A stretch of DNA of 57,647 nucleotides from Candidatus Parcubacteria bacterium (lineage in GTDB: Bacteria; Patescibacteriota; Minisyncoccia; Phycocordibacterales; JAKAEA01): contig CAWDXL010000019.1 in the NCBI GenBank assembly GCA_963806325.1, positions 1 through 57,647 on the forward strand, given 5' to 3'. A program made the translations under genes and the position numbers. Below the pieces are notes generated by a model. The model was given only the letters and a program-made list of their open reading frames with translations. It did no database searches and was not told where the DNA came from. Shown here piece by piece: positions 33,001-45,959 of the stretch; position 1 is the first letter of the stretch; every line of letters starts with the position of its first letter.

Positions 33001-33193
33001 TGCCCCTGGTGCAACAGCTGACGACATATATTGCGCCAACAATCCTAGTATGTATTCCTCGCCAGACGGTAATGCGTGTGTTGCTAATCAGCAGGCGTGG
33101 TGTAATGTTAATAACCAGTCTCAAACTCCGCCTCCAGGAGTTACAATCTGCACCGGTGCTTTAGGCATTGATACTGAAAGTCAGGGAAATTAA
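30100..33193 (+). CDS. Large secreted Ser/Thr-rich surface protein with IPT/TIG-like domains, several indels at 31000-31640
   Basis: Signal peptide; PVISSISPASGPAGS..ITGSGF repeats; composition continues across the frame breaks. Confidence 0.65.
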
Positions 33194-33339
33194 TTACAAT
33201 CAAAATATAGCAAAGCTGATGTTAAAATATTAGTTTCCAATAAAAACACTCTGATGTATGAGAGTGTTTTTGTTTTATGAATTATATTATATACATGTAG
33301 AGAAATAATCGATTTTATTCAAAGTGCTATACTATTCTC

Positions 33340-34098
33340 ATGGTATACACAATCATTGTAATTATAGTTTTGTTTCTCATGGTCTCGCTCAGGGTTGTGA
33401 AGGAGTATGATCGCGGAGTTATTTTCTTCCTCGGCAAATGTACAGGCGTACGTGGTCCGGGCCTCATTATTCTCATTCCGGTATTTGAAATGATGACAAA
33501 AGTGACGCTGCGCACCATCACCATGAATATCCCTTCACAGAAAATTATCACAAAAGATAATGTTTCTATCGATATTGCGGCAGTCGCGTACTATCATATT
33601 GTCGATCCGAAAAAATCTGTCGTGGCTATTGAAAATGTTCATGATGCAGTCAATCAAATCAGCCAGACAACGGTTCGCAATGTGGTCGGACGATTTTCTC
33701 TCGACCAGCTTTTGTCGCAGACAGGAGATATTAATATTCAAATTAAAGATGTTATCGATTCCCATACCGAGCCATGGGGTGCGCAGGTGACAGCGGTTGA
33801 GATTAAAGATATTACACTGCCCGACAACATGCAGCGGGCAATGGCCAAAGAAGCCGAGGCAGAGCGCGAGCGCCGGGCAAAAATTGTTGCAGCCGAGGGT
33901 GAATTTCAGGCAGCCGAGAAGCTCGGGCAGGCAGCGGATCTTATCTCTATGCATCCGGTTGCGCTCCAGCTTCGCACGCTTCAGACAATGGCCGAAATTG
34001 CGACCGAAAAAAATTCAACCATCATTTTCCCTGCCCAGTTTATGACCACGGTTCAAGAAGCATTTGCCACATTAAAAGGGGACTCGAGAAATAAATAA
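33340..34098 (+). CDS. SPFH/stomatin (slipin) family protein
   Basis: [16 protein letters not shown] and EAERERRAK motifs. Confidence 0.93.
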   Translation: MVYTIIVIIVLFLMVSLRVVKEYDRGVIFFLGKCTGVRGPGLIILIPVFEMMTKVTLRTITMNIPSQKIITKDNVSIDIAAVAYYHIVDPKKSVVAIENVHDAVNQISQTTVRNVVGRFSLDQLLSQTGDINIQIKDVIDSHTEPWGAQVTAVEIKDITLPDNMQRAMAKEAEAERERRAKIVAAEGEFQAAEKLGQAADLISMHPVALQLRTLQTMAEIATEKNSTIIFPAQFMTTVQEAFATLKGDSRNK

Positions 34099-34108
34099 AA
34101 ATATTGAA

Positions 34109-34141
34109 AAAAGCCCCGCCATTTGTATGGTCGGGGCTTTT
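34109..34141. terminator. Bidirectional terminator
   Basis: AAAAGCCCCG...CGGGGCTTTT between convergent genes. Confidence 0.75.
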
Positions 34142-34162
34142 GCACAGCGGAAGCGAGTACTG

Positions 34163-34483
34163 CTATTTCGTGGTGAAATAACTGTCGGAATAATCGGGCC
34201 AGCGTTTAATGATAAACTGGCCATCAGCAAGCCTGACAACATAGGCCTCCAGGCCTTTTTTGGTGAGCCTGAGCATCTCTCTGTCGACTTGATGTAGAAT
34301 ATGTCGGCGGTATTCCTGCTCATCATAGAAGATGAGATTGTCTTCGCTTGGATAGACTTCAACCCATCCATATACCAGCTGATCGCCGGTCGGACGAGTT
34401 TGTGGTGTTTGAGCGTGGCTGGCTGTACAGCCGGCAGGGGTGAATGCAGACAGTGCAACAAAGAACAGAGCGGCGCTTTTCAT
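34163..34483 (-). CDS. Hypothetical exported protein or lipoprotein
   Basis: MKSAALFFVALSAFTPAGC signal-like start after AAGGAG. Confidence 0.55.
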   Translation of the reverse strand: MKSAALFFVALSAFTPAGCTASHAQTPQTRPTGDQLVYGWVEVYPSEDNLIFYDEQEYRRHILHQVDREMLRLTKKGLEAYVVRLADGQFIIKRWPDYSDSYFTTK

Positions 34484-34609
34484 AAGAGCTCCTTTAAGGA
34501 CTGGAAACACGGTTGCAATCCTAGAGTTTAGACGATCTATTGTTGGAAAAGTGTCATTCTCATCGTCAGCATCATAACGATCGATGGCGTTGAATCTCAT
34601 CTGTATATT

Positions 34610-36018
34610 ATGCCGATAAAAAACATTATAAAAAAATATTCTCCCGCCACAATTATTTTTTTAATAACGACTGCATTGTGGCTTATGCTCGATCTTGTTT
34701 TTATATATAGATCAGCCGGAGCCTGGTGGGATGCAGGCATATACGCAGGTATGGGTAAGTACCTATTTTCGAGGGGTACAATCGGAATATGGGAAGAGTT
34801 TCGTCCGCCGCTTTGGCCCATTGTCATTGGAATGTTATGGAAAGCCGGACTGGATTTTTTATTGTGGACAAAAATTTTAGAATGCATCTCGGCTCTCGGT
34901 CTCATTGTCCTGGTATATCTCCTTGGAAATGAACTATATCCTGACGCCGGCCTATACTCTGCAATTATTTTTGGATGGACGCCGGTTGTGCTTTTTTTTA
35001 CCGCAATTCAGATTACCGATATGCCGTCAGCTTTTTTTGCCGTGCTTGGTGTCTATATGACTGTTAGAAAGAAACCTGCTGCTGCCGGCCTCGCGGCGAG
35101 CCTAGCATGTATCCTCCGTTTTCCCGCAGGTCTTATTATCGTGCCGATATGTATTTATTCTCTTATCCGCGACAGGGCCACGGTAAAAAATACGGTGCTG
35201 ACATCCGGCTTCTTTTTGATTATTCCTTTGGCGTATCTTATCTCTAATGTCGTTGCCTATGCCCATCCTTTTTTGCCGCTCATGCTTGCGATCAGAAGCT
35301 CGGTCTCAGGCAGCATTGATCACAATCCATTTTTTTACATCCAGGGGCTTTTTGAAATAAATCCATTTATTATTTTTGGCCTAGTTTCTGTCGCTGTATA
35401 TTTTATCCAGTTAAGAAAACATATATATGCGCCATATACGCTCATTTTTCTGGCGCTCATTATTATCGGCGGTTATTTTTCTTTAGTGAGCCATAAAGAG
35501 CTTCGGTATGGCATCGCTTTTCTACCATATCTCTCGATTGCAGCAGGCACGGGGCTTGCTCTTGCTCTTAATCATTTTAAGACTGGCTGGAAGATTATGG
35601 CTATTGCCAGTACTGTGCTCATCATAAGCATGATTGGTATATGGGATCCATACATAAGTGTGCAGTGGCCGGCAGTTTCATTGAGTCCAGCATATTCCGG
35701 ATACTATGATTTTTTGAAGATAAAGGGCAAGCAACAGTCATAAGCTCTTCGCCGCAGCTCTCTCTTTATAGTGATATTAGAAATATTGAGATTTTTGATA
35801 CTCCTCAAGCGATGGTATCTGCAATTTCTCTCAAACAAACATCAGTCGACTATATCGCCATTGATACATGTAATATTACCAGCACAAGCGCCGTACAAGG
35901 CGAGCAATTGCACCATGAAATTTTAAATCTTTCGGGAAGTGCTGTTAAAGATTATGATGCGATAGCAACGCTGGGAGCACGGGCATGCCGCCTTCTGATT
36001 TTTAAGACACATGCATAA
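34610..36018 (+). CDS. GT-C fold (ArnT/PMT-like) glycosyltransferase, indel near 35720
   Basis: WDAGIY, RPPLWP and HKELRY motifs; many TM segments. Confidence 0.75.
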
Positions 36019-36037
36019 TTAAGCGTGTTGAATATAT

Positions 36038-36067
36038 AAAACCCCCGCCATAAAGACGGGGGATTTT
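36038..36067. terminator. Terminator downstream of ssrA
   Basis: AAAACCCCCG...CGGGGGATTTT. Confidence 0.65.
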
Positions 36068-36243
36068 GAGAACGGTTAGATCTTCTGGTGCTTGTTTATA
36101 ATATGCACGTTCGACCGACGGCTGTGCGGGTCGATAAACTTCACGGCGAGCGATACGATGTTGTCTTGGTTGAGTCGTTTCCAATACGTGGCGGCGATTG
36201 TTTCTAGGAGCATTTAAATGCCCATTAGATATTTTTTCAAATG

Positions 36244-36671
36244 TGGTGGAGATGCCGTGGAATCGAACCCGGGTGCAAGAAGTGTTCTTAGATGAGTCTA
36301 CAGCGTGTAGTATGTCTTCATCTTCGCTTTTACACGAAGACTTTAAGCAGGGCAGGTAAGAGACGGACAAAAGTCCTGCGATACCGAGTTCCTTTGTTTC
36401 AAACCTATGGCGGAACGGGCACGGGTTCTATTCCAACGTTATAACACCGTATCCGGACATGTTGGAAAAACGTCCGGGCGATGTCTCCTAGGCAGTCCTG
36501 AGCAAAGCTCGAAGGAACTTACGCGAAAGAGAAAGCGAAGTTGTTCGCGTAAGGCGAAGCAACCGCTTGTCGTGCTGAATTTGCACTTGGAGTTTCCGTC
36601 AGATTTAAGAGATAACGGTGCTCTACGCTGCACAAATAAGAGAAAGACCCTTGTCTAGGCCGATCATCCCC
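36244..36671 (-). ncRNA. ssrA: tmRNA
   Basis: 5' GGGGATG..., 3' T-arm GGTTCGATTCC...CATCTCCACCA; tag frame 36584-36519 ANSARQAVASPYANNFAFSFA*; adjacent to smpB. Confidence 0.92.
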
Positions 36672-36683
36672 AAAAAATAATTT

Positions 36684-37133
36684 TCAACGATCACTGTATT
36701 CCCGGCGGGTCTGCCGCTCGGTGTCACGTTTCTTCAGGGTCTCGCGCTTGTCGAATGCTTTTTTGCCTCGAACCGTAGCGATCTCAACCTTGATGTGACG
36801 GCCCTTATTATACATTGTAATTGGCACTATCGTCAAACCAGTGCCCAGGCTGGCAAGCTTTGCGATCTCGGGCTTTGTAAGGAGAAGTCGTCTGTTTCGT
36901 CCAGGATCGTATGAAGACTCGCGACCCACAAGGTTGTTGGGTTGGTAAGCCGGGATTTTCATGTTTATGATCCATGCTTCGCCTCCACGAATGATGACGT
37001 ACGTGCTTTCAAAAGTTGCAAGACCGGCGCGCAGGGATTTTACTTCGCTTCCGGTAAGCTCGATACCAGCCTCAAAGCGTTCAAGAATTTCATAATTGAA
37101 CGCTGCTTTTTTGTTGTACACAAGGGAAGGCAT
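36684..37133 (-). CDS. smpB: SsrA-binding protein
   Basis: NKKAAFNY, EAGIELTGSEVKSLR and GKKAFDKRE motifs. Confidence 0.97.
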   Translation of the reverse strand: MPSLVYNKKAAFNYEILERFEAGIELTGSEVKSLRAGLATFESTYVIIRGGEAWIINMKIPAYQPNNLVGRESSYDPGRNRRLLLTKPEIAKLASLGTGLTIVPITMYNKGRHIKVEIATVRGKKAFDKRETLKKRDTERQTRREYSDR

Positions 37134-37227
37134 GGCTCTATACTATCAGAAAAATGAATAAAAATAATGTTTGCGGTGAAGTCAAATTTTTGATACTATG
37201 TGGCGTGCAATCTTTAAAGCATTTTCT

Positions 37228-39168
37228 ATGAACATCAACGATACAGACCAAAATAATCAGGATAATCAAAAGGATAACCGAAAAAATCAGAAAGTCCCGG
37301 AACCGCCGGCTGGAAGCCAGTTTATTAAAAATCTGATTATCGGCATTTTTATTTTGCTTGCTCTTGCGGCAGCGTATTCTCTGATAGCCGACAACACCGC
37401 AAAAACTCCACAAGTATCCCTTTCGCAAGTGGCAGCTGATGTCATTGCGGGCAAAGTCACCCAGATAGATGTGAATACTGATGACCTTACTGTTCACTAT
37501 GATACGACAAACACTATTATAAAAGATGCCAAGAAAGAAGAAGGGACTGCGCTCACTCAATCGCTTGTCAATTATGGGGTGACTCCGGCAGAACTTTCAA
37601 AGGTTTCGATCAATATACAGCAGGAAAGCGCTGTTGCATTTTGGATTGATAATCTTGCCCCATATCTCCTGTCTCTTGTTATTGTTGTTATTATTGCATG
37701 GTTTATTTCCCGCCAGGTGCGCGGTGCTGGCATGCAGGCATTTACCTTCGGCCAATCAAAAGCCCGCATTACTGGTCCCGATGATAAAAAACAGCGTGTG
37801 ACATTTAAAGATGTGGCAGGTGCAAAGGAGGCAAAAGAGGAGCTTGCCGAAATTGTTGATTTTCTTAGGAATCCGAAAAAGTTCCTTGAGATAGGCGCAC
37901 GCATTCCCAAAGGTATTCTTTTGATGGGTGCTCCTGGTACCGGGAAGACCTTGCTCGCTCGGGCTGTTGCCGGTGAAGCTCAGGTCGCATTCTTTTCAAT
38001 CTCCGGTTCCGAATTCGTTGAAATGTTTGTCGGTGTCGGCGCCTCCCGTGTGCGTGATCTCTTTAAGCTCGCGAAATCTGCCGCCCCCTCTATTATTTTT
38101 GTTGATGAAATTGATGCGGTTGGCCGCGTTCGCGGTACCGGCGTAGGCGGCGGCAACGACGAGCGCGAGCAGACGTTGAATCAGATCCTTGTCGAAATGG
38201 ACGGTTTTGAGCCGAATGAAAAAGTTATTGTCATGGCTGCGACCAATCGTCCTGATGTTCTCGATCCTGCATTGCTGCGCCCCGGCCGCTTTGACCGCCG
38301 CGTCACCATCGACCCGCCCGATCGCCACGACCGTCTCGATATTCTGCGCATTCATGCGCGGGCCAAGCCATTTGCGGAGGATGCAAATCTTGAAGTGGTA
38401 GCAGAGCGCACCCCTGGATTTTCCGGCGCCGATCTTTACTCACTCATGAACGAAGCTGCCATTCTTGCGGCCCGCGAAAATCGCACAAAAATTTCCCAGT
38501 ACGATCTTGTGCGCTCCATCGAAAAAGTCATGCTCGGTCCCGAGCGCCGCAGCCATGTGCTCAATAAAAAAGAAAAAGAAATTACCGCCTACCACGAAGC
38601 CGGCCATGCGCTCGTCGCATCCGTGCTTCCGTTTGCAGATCCTGTCCATAAAATTTCCATTATTTCCCGCGGTCGAGCAGCGGGCTACACGCTTAAGCTT
38701 CCGCTCGATGATCACAAGCTCCAGTCGCGGAAAGAATTTCTTGACGATATTGCCATGAGTCTTGGCGGCTACGTTACGGAAAAAATGGTTTTCGGCGATC
38801 TGACAACCGGTCCGTCAAACGATCTGCAGGTTTCCACGGCAATGGCCCGTGATATGGTGACAAAATACGGTATGTCCGATAAAATGGGTCCTATCGCCCT
38901 TGAGGGCGAAGGCGGTCGGGCTCTCTTTGGCCGCGGGGTTGAGGATCGGGAGCATTCGGAAAAAATTTCGGGCGATATCGATGGTGAGGTATCTCGTATT
39001 ATGAATGAGGCTCATGCAAAAGCCGAGGGTATTGTCACCACGCACCGCGCGCTCCTCGATATTATTGCTAAGCGCCTTATTGAAACAGAAACTATTGAGC
39101 GGGAAGAATTCGAACAGATTCTTGTTGCCAACGGTGTAACACCAAAGAAAAAACAGCCGGAGATATAA
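37228..39168 (+). CDS. ftsH: ATP-dependent zinc metalloprotease FtsH
   Basis: Two TM segments; GAPGTGKT; DEIDAVG; RPGRFDR; HEAGH. Confidence 0.98.
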   Translation: MNINDTDQNNQDNQKDNRKNQKVPEPPAGSQFIKNLIIGIFILLALAAAYSLIADNTAKTPQVSLSQVAADVIAGKVTQIDVNTDDLTVHYDTTNTIIKDAKKEEGTALTQSLVNYGVTPAELSKVSINIQQESAVAFWIDNLAPYLLSLVIVVIIAWFISRQVRGAGMQAFTFGQSKARITGPDDKKQRVTFKDVAGAKEAKEELAEIVDFLRNPKKFLEIGARIPKGILLMGAPGTGKTLLARAVAGEAQVAFFSISGSEFVEMFVGVGASRVRDLFKLAKSAAPSIIFVDEIDAVGRVRGTGVGGGNDEREQTLNQILVEMDGFEPNEKVIVMAATNRPDVLDPALLRPGRFDRRVTIDPPDRHDRLDILRIHARAKPFAEDANLEVVAERTPGFSGADLYSLMNEAAILAARENRTKISQYDLVRSIEKVMLGPERRSHVLNKKEKEITAYHEAGHALVASVLPFADPVHKISIISRGRAAGYTLKLPLDDHKLQSRKEFLDDIAMSLGGYVTEKMVFGDLTTGPSNDLQVSTAMARDMVTKYGMSDKMGPIALEGEGGRALFGRGVEDREHSEKISGDIDGEVSRIMNEAHAKAEGIVTTHRALLDIIAKRLIETETIEREEFEQILVANGVTPKKKQPEI

Positions 39169-39185
39169 AACATAAAAATAATCGT

Positions 39186-39509
39186 ATGGAAAAAACAACA
39201 TTACAACCATCTTCTATAGAACATCCTGATGCTGAATATATCCAGGGCAAAATGAAACTTATCGAGCAGGGCTTACCCCTTGATATTTCGGAGACCGAAC
39301 TTGAGTCTCTTGAAACAATGCTCCGTGATGCTCGCGGATTTTATATCGACATTCTCGGTGATCTCAGGAGGGAAGCGGAATCAGGAGAGCAAAATCTCGA
39401 AAAACATATTATTGATGAAAGTATTAACATTGCCAATATCGAACTCGCGCTCCGGCGCATTGATGAATTTCGCGCGAAACACTGGCCACAGATTCAAAAT
39501 GGCGACTAA
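39186..39509 (+). CDS. Hypothetical helical protein
   Basis: 107-aa ORF directly after ftsH. Confidence 0.55.
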   Translation: MEKTTLQPSSIEHPDAEYIQGKMKLIEQGLPLDISETELESLETMLRDARGFYIDILGDLRREAESGEQNLEKHIIDESINIANIELALRRIDEFRAKHWPQIQNGD

Positions 39510-39622
39510 GTAAAATGTGCGGTAGGATATAAATTGGCCGGCGGTACTGACTTTTTGCGTATACGGTCTGCAGGCAGATTAAAAAATGGCACGGTGTTTT
39601 TGAAACGCAATATGCCGGCGAT

Positions 39623-39973
39623 GTGACGGACATTATGATGGAAAATCAATCTTTCTATGCCTACGATATCCGTGAATTCAGAGGTAAAAAACAATTGTCG
39701 CTTGAGGATGATTTCAATAAATATTTCAGCGTGTATGTGCCGGAAGGGTATGAAATAGAAACTTTGGAAATTTTGACGCCCGATATCATGCAGGAGCTTA
39801 TTCAGAAAGGGGCTTCGCTGAGCTTTGAATTTTCCAATAACAAGCTCTTTATTTTTAGCAATAAAGTCATTGAAAATAAGATGCAGCTCGATGCTGTCAT
39901 GGATTTTTCTGACACGCTGACAAAACAATTGGCGCCCGTTTTGAGTCAGGTGAAGAATGATTACGTTAAGTAG
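39623..39973 (+). pseudogene. Probable 5'-truncated gene fragment
   Basis: Coding-like sequence (LEDDFNKYFSVY...EILTPDIMQEL) lacking a convincing start. Confidence 0.35.
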
Positions 39974-40062
39974 CCGCTATCAGACAGGCGAGTAAAGAGA
40001 GGTCGGTATTCTCCATGCGAATTTGCTGTGACTCCCCATGGAATATGATATACTCACTTCAA

Positions 40063-42685
40063 ATGTTTGTACTGTATATACGGCAAGTGTTGCAAAGATA
40101 TGTTGGGATTTTCATTGCTGTCGTGCCCATTATCGGCATGCTTTCCTTGAGCTGCGCTCCTTTCGCGCAGGCTGACATACATCCTCCAAAATTCATCAGA
40201 CAGGTTCCAACTGTGCCTGATAATATTCATGAATCAGCTTTTGCCAACCCTTCCGCTGCAGTTGTCGATGCTTCGGGCAATCTGTATGTAGTTGATACCA
40301 ATGATAGCGTCATCCAAAAATTTAATGCGTCGGGCAATTATGTCACTCAATTTAATGGATCAGACCCGAGTAATGTGCAGTTTTCATTTCCTGTCGGTAT
40401 AGCTATTGCGTCATCAACCGGAGATTTATTCGTGGCTGATACTCAAAATAACCGCATCGAAGAACTGACTTCTTCTGGCGTATATGTAAATCAATGGAGT
40501 ACTCCTTATACTCCGGAATATATAACAATCTCGCCCATAACAGGTATCATGTATGTTACAGACAATGCGGATGGTCTTGTGTATGAATACGATCAAACAG
40601 GCAATTCCATCGCTTCGTGGGGGACATATGGTACTGATCCTGGTGATTTTCAAGACCCGCAGGGTATTGCGATAGATAAAACCGGGAATATATTTGTTGC
40701 CGATGATGTAAACCAAGATGTTCAAGAATTTGCCTCAACCACCGCATATATCGGCACGCTTGGCGCCGGCATAGGCACTGGCTCCGGGCAGTTTCAGAGT
40801 CCTTATGGCATTACAATCGATAATTCCGGCAATATATATGTTACCGACAATGTTACCGACAATGTCCAAAAGTTTGATGGTACGGGAACTTATATCACTC
40901 AATGGGGAAGTCCAAGTCCATCTGTGTATACTGTTTCTTCCGAATTTGGTGATCCGATAAGTGTTACCACCGATACATCGGGCAATGTGTACGTTGTCGA
41001 TCCGGCTTCCGGTGTCCAAAAATTTACCTCGTCAGGAATTTTTATTGCCGCATGGGAAGATTTTGCAGGAAATGGCAATGGGCAATTTGCTTATCCTAGC
41101 GCTGTTGCGATTGGTGCCTCAAATAATCTTTATATCGCCGATGCTCTTAATAGTCGTGTTCAAAAATTAGATCAATTTGGCAATTATATTGGCCAATGGG
41201 GGACATTAGGTAATAATAATGGGCAATTTGAGGCCCCCACAGATCTTGCTACCGATGCTCAGGGTTATGTATACGTCGCTGATCGCAGCAAATCTAATGT
41301 TCAGATTTTTGATGCTTCAGGCAATTATTACGCTAAATTTGGCGGTAGCGGCGATGGTATTCCTGGGCTTTTTTATAACCCGTATAGTATTGCCGTTGCA
41401 TCGTCTACAGGTACTATATATGTGCTCGATTTCAGCAATCTTATTCAGGAATTTGCTTCTCGCACAAGTACCACTACGACGCCATACAGTTTTATAAAAT
41501 ATTTGGCAACAAATAGTGCGGGCGCCGGGAACAACCAGTGCACCGGGACACCAGCGAGTGTCGCAATTTCTCCCGTATCAGGTCATGTGTATGTGGCTTA
41601 TAGCGGTTGTGTCCGGGAATTCTATCAGCACAATGATCAGTCTGCAAACTCCTGATCAATATATCGATCAGTTTTCAACAGTCCGAAATGATGGAGGTAT
41701 TAATGATATATATATTGATACTGAAGGCAACATGTATATTGCCACCTCTTACCCCAATGATGCAATCTACGAATATGATGCATCAGGCACCCTTCTATCA
41801 TCATGGGGAACGCCGGGTATTGGCAATGGTCAGTTCTCTAATCCCTCCGCTGTAGCCGTAAATAATGGATATATATATGTCGCCGACTCCTACAACAACC
41901 GCATCTCCGTCTTCTCCAATGATTACACTCCTCCACTCGTAGCGGTCACAGCACCTACGGCATCAAGTACAGTTTCAGGCACTATCACCCTCACCGCATC
42001 ATCCACTGATACCCAATCAGGTCTTGCAAGCATCCAGTTCCAGGTAGATGGAAACAATGTCGGTACTGTCGGCACGTCTTCTCCATACTCCATCTCATAT
42101 GATGCATCAGGACTCTCGGCCGGTGCTCACGCTATCACCGCTATTGCTTATGATAATGTTGGCAACTATGCCACTTCTACGCCTGTCACCATCACTATTG
42201 CAGCGCCAGCATCTTCAGGTGGAAGCACCACCAGCAGTGTCGGAGTCCAAAGCAGTGGAGGCGGAAGCATCTATATTCCTTCAGCCACAACAGCCATTGT
42301 CCAACAAGCAACTTCAACAATCTCAACCGTCTGCCCTCCCGGAGCACTGTACAACTCTCAGACAGGCTCTCGCTGCCCTGGCACCTACGCCTACGTTAAA
42401 TCACCGGCAACTCCTCATGTTCCGGCTGCTCCATACACATACCCATCAGTACCGACAAGTGCCTACGTCTTCACTCACAACCTCACGCTCGGAAGCAGGG
42501 ATCCTGACGTCAAACAGCTTCAGCTTTTTCTCATAACTCAAGGCTTCTTGAATAATAAATATGACACTGGCTACTTTGGAATCCTTACTAGATCTGCGCT
42601 TTCAAAATTTCAAGCTAAGTATGGCATCAGTCCTTCAGCGGGGTACTTTGGAGCGGTGACAAGGAGGGCGATTTTGGGGAAGTAG
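40063..42685 (+). CDS. NHL-repeat surface protein with Ig-like and C-terminal peptidoglycan-binding domains (indel near 41620)
   Basis: Repeated F..P.GIAID..GNIYVAD units; VAVTAP Ig domain; GYFG...FQ. Confidence 0.82.
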
Positions 42686-42784
42686 GCAGCAACCATTCCA
42701 CCTGTTCCTGTCTAAGTTGTGCTATTTATTGTAGAGTTAGAGTTATAATAATTAAAGATATGCATCTTATTTAATATAATCATC

Positions 42785-43949
42785 ATGCCTCCCAATCAAT
42801 ACACGAGTGTTAAAACAACAAGCTTTGGTTCCCGAATAGTGAATTCAGTGATGGGAATTCCATTTGGAATATTGCTATTCATTGCATCATTTACGGTTTT
42901 GTATTGGAACGAAGGGAGGGTTGATCTCTCCGTAATTGCCCAAAAAGCCGTGTCTGTCAGCTATCAGACGCTGGCGTCTGACCAGAATGGGAATCTTATC
43001 TCCATTACCGGACCAATCACTACCGATTCAGTGCTTGGCGATGGTATTTTTCTCAAGCCCGATAACTATGTGGGTATCAGCAGGCTTGTTCAGGAATATG
43101 TTTGGGTTGAGCAGAAAAGTTCGCAGACATCCAATAATACCGGAGGTTCTCAAACTACGAAGACCACCTATACGTACGTTAAAAAATGGAGCCCTCTAGC
43201 TCCCGATTCATCGATGTTTCAGTATCCTCAAGGCCATGAAAATCCGCCAGAAACCCTCTCGTCGGAAGATATGAATGCTTCTTCGATGACGATGGGGGGC
43301 GTATACCGTTGACCCGTCGATTCAAGTTCCTTATCCTCAAAAATTGCAATTGAACGACGGCGATATAATAAAAAAATCGCAAAATATGACACTGGTAAAT
43401 GGGAATACAATATATATTCCGATTGCCACATCAAGCTCCTATCAAAATCCTCAAGTGGGGGATACTCAGGTAAATTATTATGTTCTTCCAAATGAAGCCA
43501 ATGTGACCACGTTTGGGAAGCTTGACGGTAAAAATATTGTTTCATTCTATGACGACAATAACAACAAGCTTTTTTACATGTATCCCGGCTCACGTGCCGA
43601 TGCGATCAGCTCTCTTCATAGCCAGTACGTGCTCTGGCTATGGGTGTTTAGGGGTATTGGATTTATAATGATGTGGCTTGGTTTATCCATGCTTTTTTCT
43701 CCCATTCTCACGCTGTTGAGCATTTTGCCAATTCTGGCAAGCATCGGTGGTTTTACCGTCATGCTTGCCACCTTTGTTATCGCCCTCATATTGACCGCAG
43801 TCACTATTGTTGTATCAATAATCGCTCATAACCCGATCGCTCTTATTTCATCAGTTGTTGTCGCAATCGTAATCTTGATCGCTTTCGGATTCCATGTGCA
43901 CAATAAAAGAGGCGGCGCTCAATCACAGGACCTTACTAGTAATCAATAA
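42785..43949 (+). CDS. TMEM43-family-like membrane protein (indel near 43300)
   Basis: LYWNEGR, R.VQEYVWVE, GHENP and PQVGD motifs; C-terminal TM segments. Confidence 0.75.
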
Positions 43950-43954
43950 AATAT

Positions 43955-44455
43955 ATGTTCGGATTATTTGAACGAGGAACAATAGAAATCACGCCGGAGC
44001 AATTCAATTATCATCCAGGAGATACTATTAAAGGCAAGGTGCACATAAAACTCAATAAGCCCATTCAAGCAAACAAACTCTCGATATGGCTTCTCGGAGT
44101 AGAAACGGAAACACTTCCGCAAAATAGGAATTTTGGATTCAATAATCAAAACAATATGAATGGCATGAATAATTCGGAGCGAAGGACAATGCCGATTTTC
44201 CAATTTGAACTGCCGATCGACGGTTCAAAGGAATATACGGAAGCTGAGTATCCGTTTGAAATTCTCATTCCCGCCAGCGTTCTTCAGAGTCAGCAAAATG
44301 CTGTTCCTGCTACCGGAGTTTTAGGTGTTCTCGCAAGCATGGCAGAGGCAAGCGCTGGCATGGCTATGCGACAAATTACCTGGAGCCTTGAAGCCATATT
44401 GGATATTCCCGGAGCTATTGATATGAGGAAGCGTATTCAGGTGAATATCGGGTAA
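43955..44455 (+). CDS. SpoOM/arrestin-N-like protein
   Basis: Y.PGDTIKGKV, YPFEILIP and LDIPGAID motifs. Confidence 0.55.
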   Translation: MFGLFERGTIEITPEQFNYHPGDTIKGKVHIKLNKPIQANKLSIWLLGVETETLPQNRNFGFNNQNNMNGMNNSERRTMPIFQFELPIDGSKEYTEAEYPFEILIPASVLQSQQNAVPATGVLGVLASMAEASAGMAMRQITWSLEAILDIPGAIDMRKRIQVNIG

Positions 44456-44555
44456 TGAGTTTTAATGTCCTTTCGGGATCGGGGAAGTGGGGATAATTAC
44501 CCCATGCATTATCCTTGTGTTTGTTATACTTGGGCTATATGAAAAACTTACGCAC

Positions 44556-45846
44556 ATGATTACTCCCGACCTAGTAACCTTTATTAAAGGATCTCGCTCA
44601 GGGGAAGACACAACAAGAAATTACCAGCATGCTGATGTCTCAAGGTGGTTGGACACAGGCTGATATTAATGAAGGATTGGCTGCAGCTCAAGTGCGTACT
44701 TATACGCCAGCCGCTGCTCCTGCTTCTCAGATTGTAAATGCAAAAGGACCCGAACCGGCAATACTATCTCAAACTGCAATTGCGTATGCCGGGTTTTGGA
44801 ATCGGTTAATGGGAATGATTCTCGATGGATTCATTTTATCAGCCGGAGCACTGGCTGTCGGTATTCTGGCCATTTTTCTTAGCCACGACAAAACTGTTAT
44901 TGAAATCATCTCATCTCTCGTATTTGTCGCTTCGATACTCTACTATATCGCGATGGAGGCCTCTGCTAAGCAGGCAACGCTCGGTAAAATGATAATGGGC
45001 ATCAAGGTTGTCGATCTCAACGGCAACAAGATTTCCGGAGGCAGATCGACCGGACGATTTTTCTCAAAATATATTTCCAGCATCTTCCTGGTCGGCTTTA
45101 TCATGCAGCCTTTTACCCAGAAAAAACAGGCACTCCATGACATGATTGCCGGAACACTTGTCATTAAAACGGCAAAAGCAAGTACGGGGAAAGCCATCCT
45201 AGTTATCGTTGGATGGCTTGTCATTGTGGTATCACTTGCTATCTTCTTTGTTATTTTTTTGCTGGGAAGTTTATTTTCCGGGGGCTTGTCGAGTGTAAAG
45301 CAGCTTGAAACTGCTTCTAAAAACATGGCAACATCAACGACTCTACAAGATATTTCTAATAGTCCTCCTTCGGACATTATTAGCAGTACCACAGCAGAAC
45401 AAAATTCTATTGCATCATCAACACTACAAACCATTTTACCTAAAACAGACACCAATAACTCTTCTATAGTCAGTACAAATAATACAGTTGTTCTCACTTC
45501 TCTTTCTAGTTCTTCAGGTAAACCAAAAGATAATATTGTCATCTTCGGACAAGGTTTAAATTCTAAGCATGGATATGATATTTATTTTGGCAATACTACT
45601 ACTAGTTGGTTTGATTCTGATGTTAAGTCAACCGCCAATGGTCAGTTGCGGTTCTCGATTCCTGATACTGTATCTCCTTGCTCTTTGCAAGATGCAATGA
45701 ATAATCCGCAAAAATGTCAGTATGGATCTAATCCCCAGGTTTGGATTAATCCTGGAACGTATAAGATAATCATTGTGCCGTTTCAGCCTGGTTTCTCGGC
45801 AAGCAATCCTTTAACGTTCGTGGTTACGGCAAAAGGCTCCTATTGA
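44556..45846 (+). CDS. RDD-family membrane protein with extracellular Ig-like tail (indel near 44597)
   Basis: YAGFWNRLMGMILD, QATLGK and QALHDMIAGT motifs. Confidence 0.85.
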
Positions 45847-45889
45847 TATGGCTATAGGTGGTGAGTGGCTTGGAATTGGTAAAGACTAA

Positions 45890-45959
45890 CTTTTATTAGG
45901 TAAAAAATACCGCTTGTATCGGGGTATCGTGGAAAAGTGTTGTTTGATATACTTGAGTT
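45890..45959 (+). repeat. Intergenic repeat, copy A (with promoter)
   Basis: TTTTATTAGGTAAAAAATAC...ATCGGGGTATCGTGGAAA...TGTTGTTTGATATACTTGAGTT. Confidence 0.8.

Noticed and set aside
36002-36658. ORFs 36002-36370, 36407-36658 and 36439-36633
   Set aside because: They overlap the tmRNA gene and have no protein motifs.
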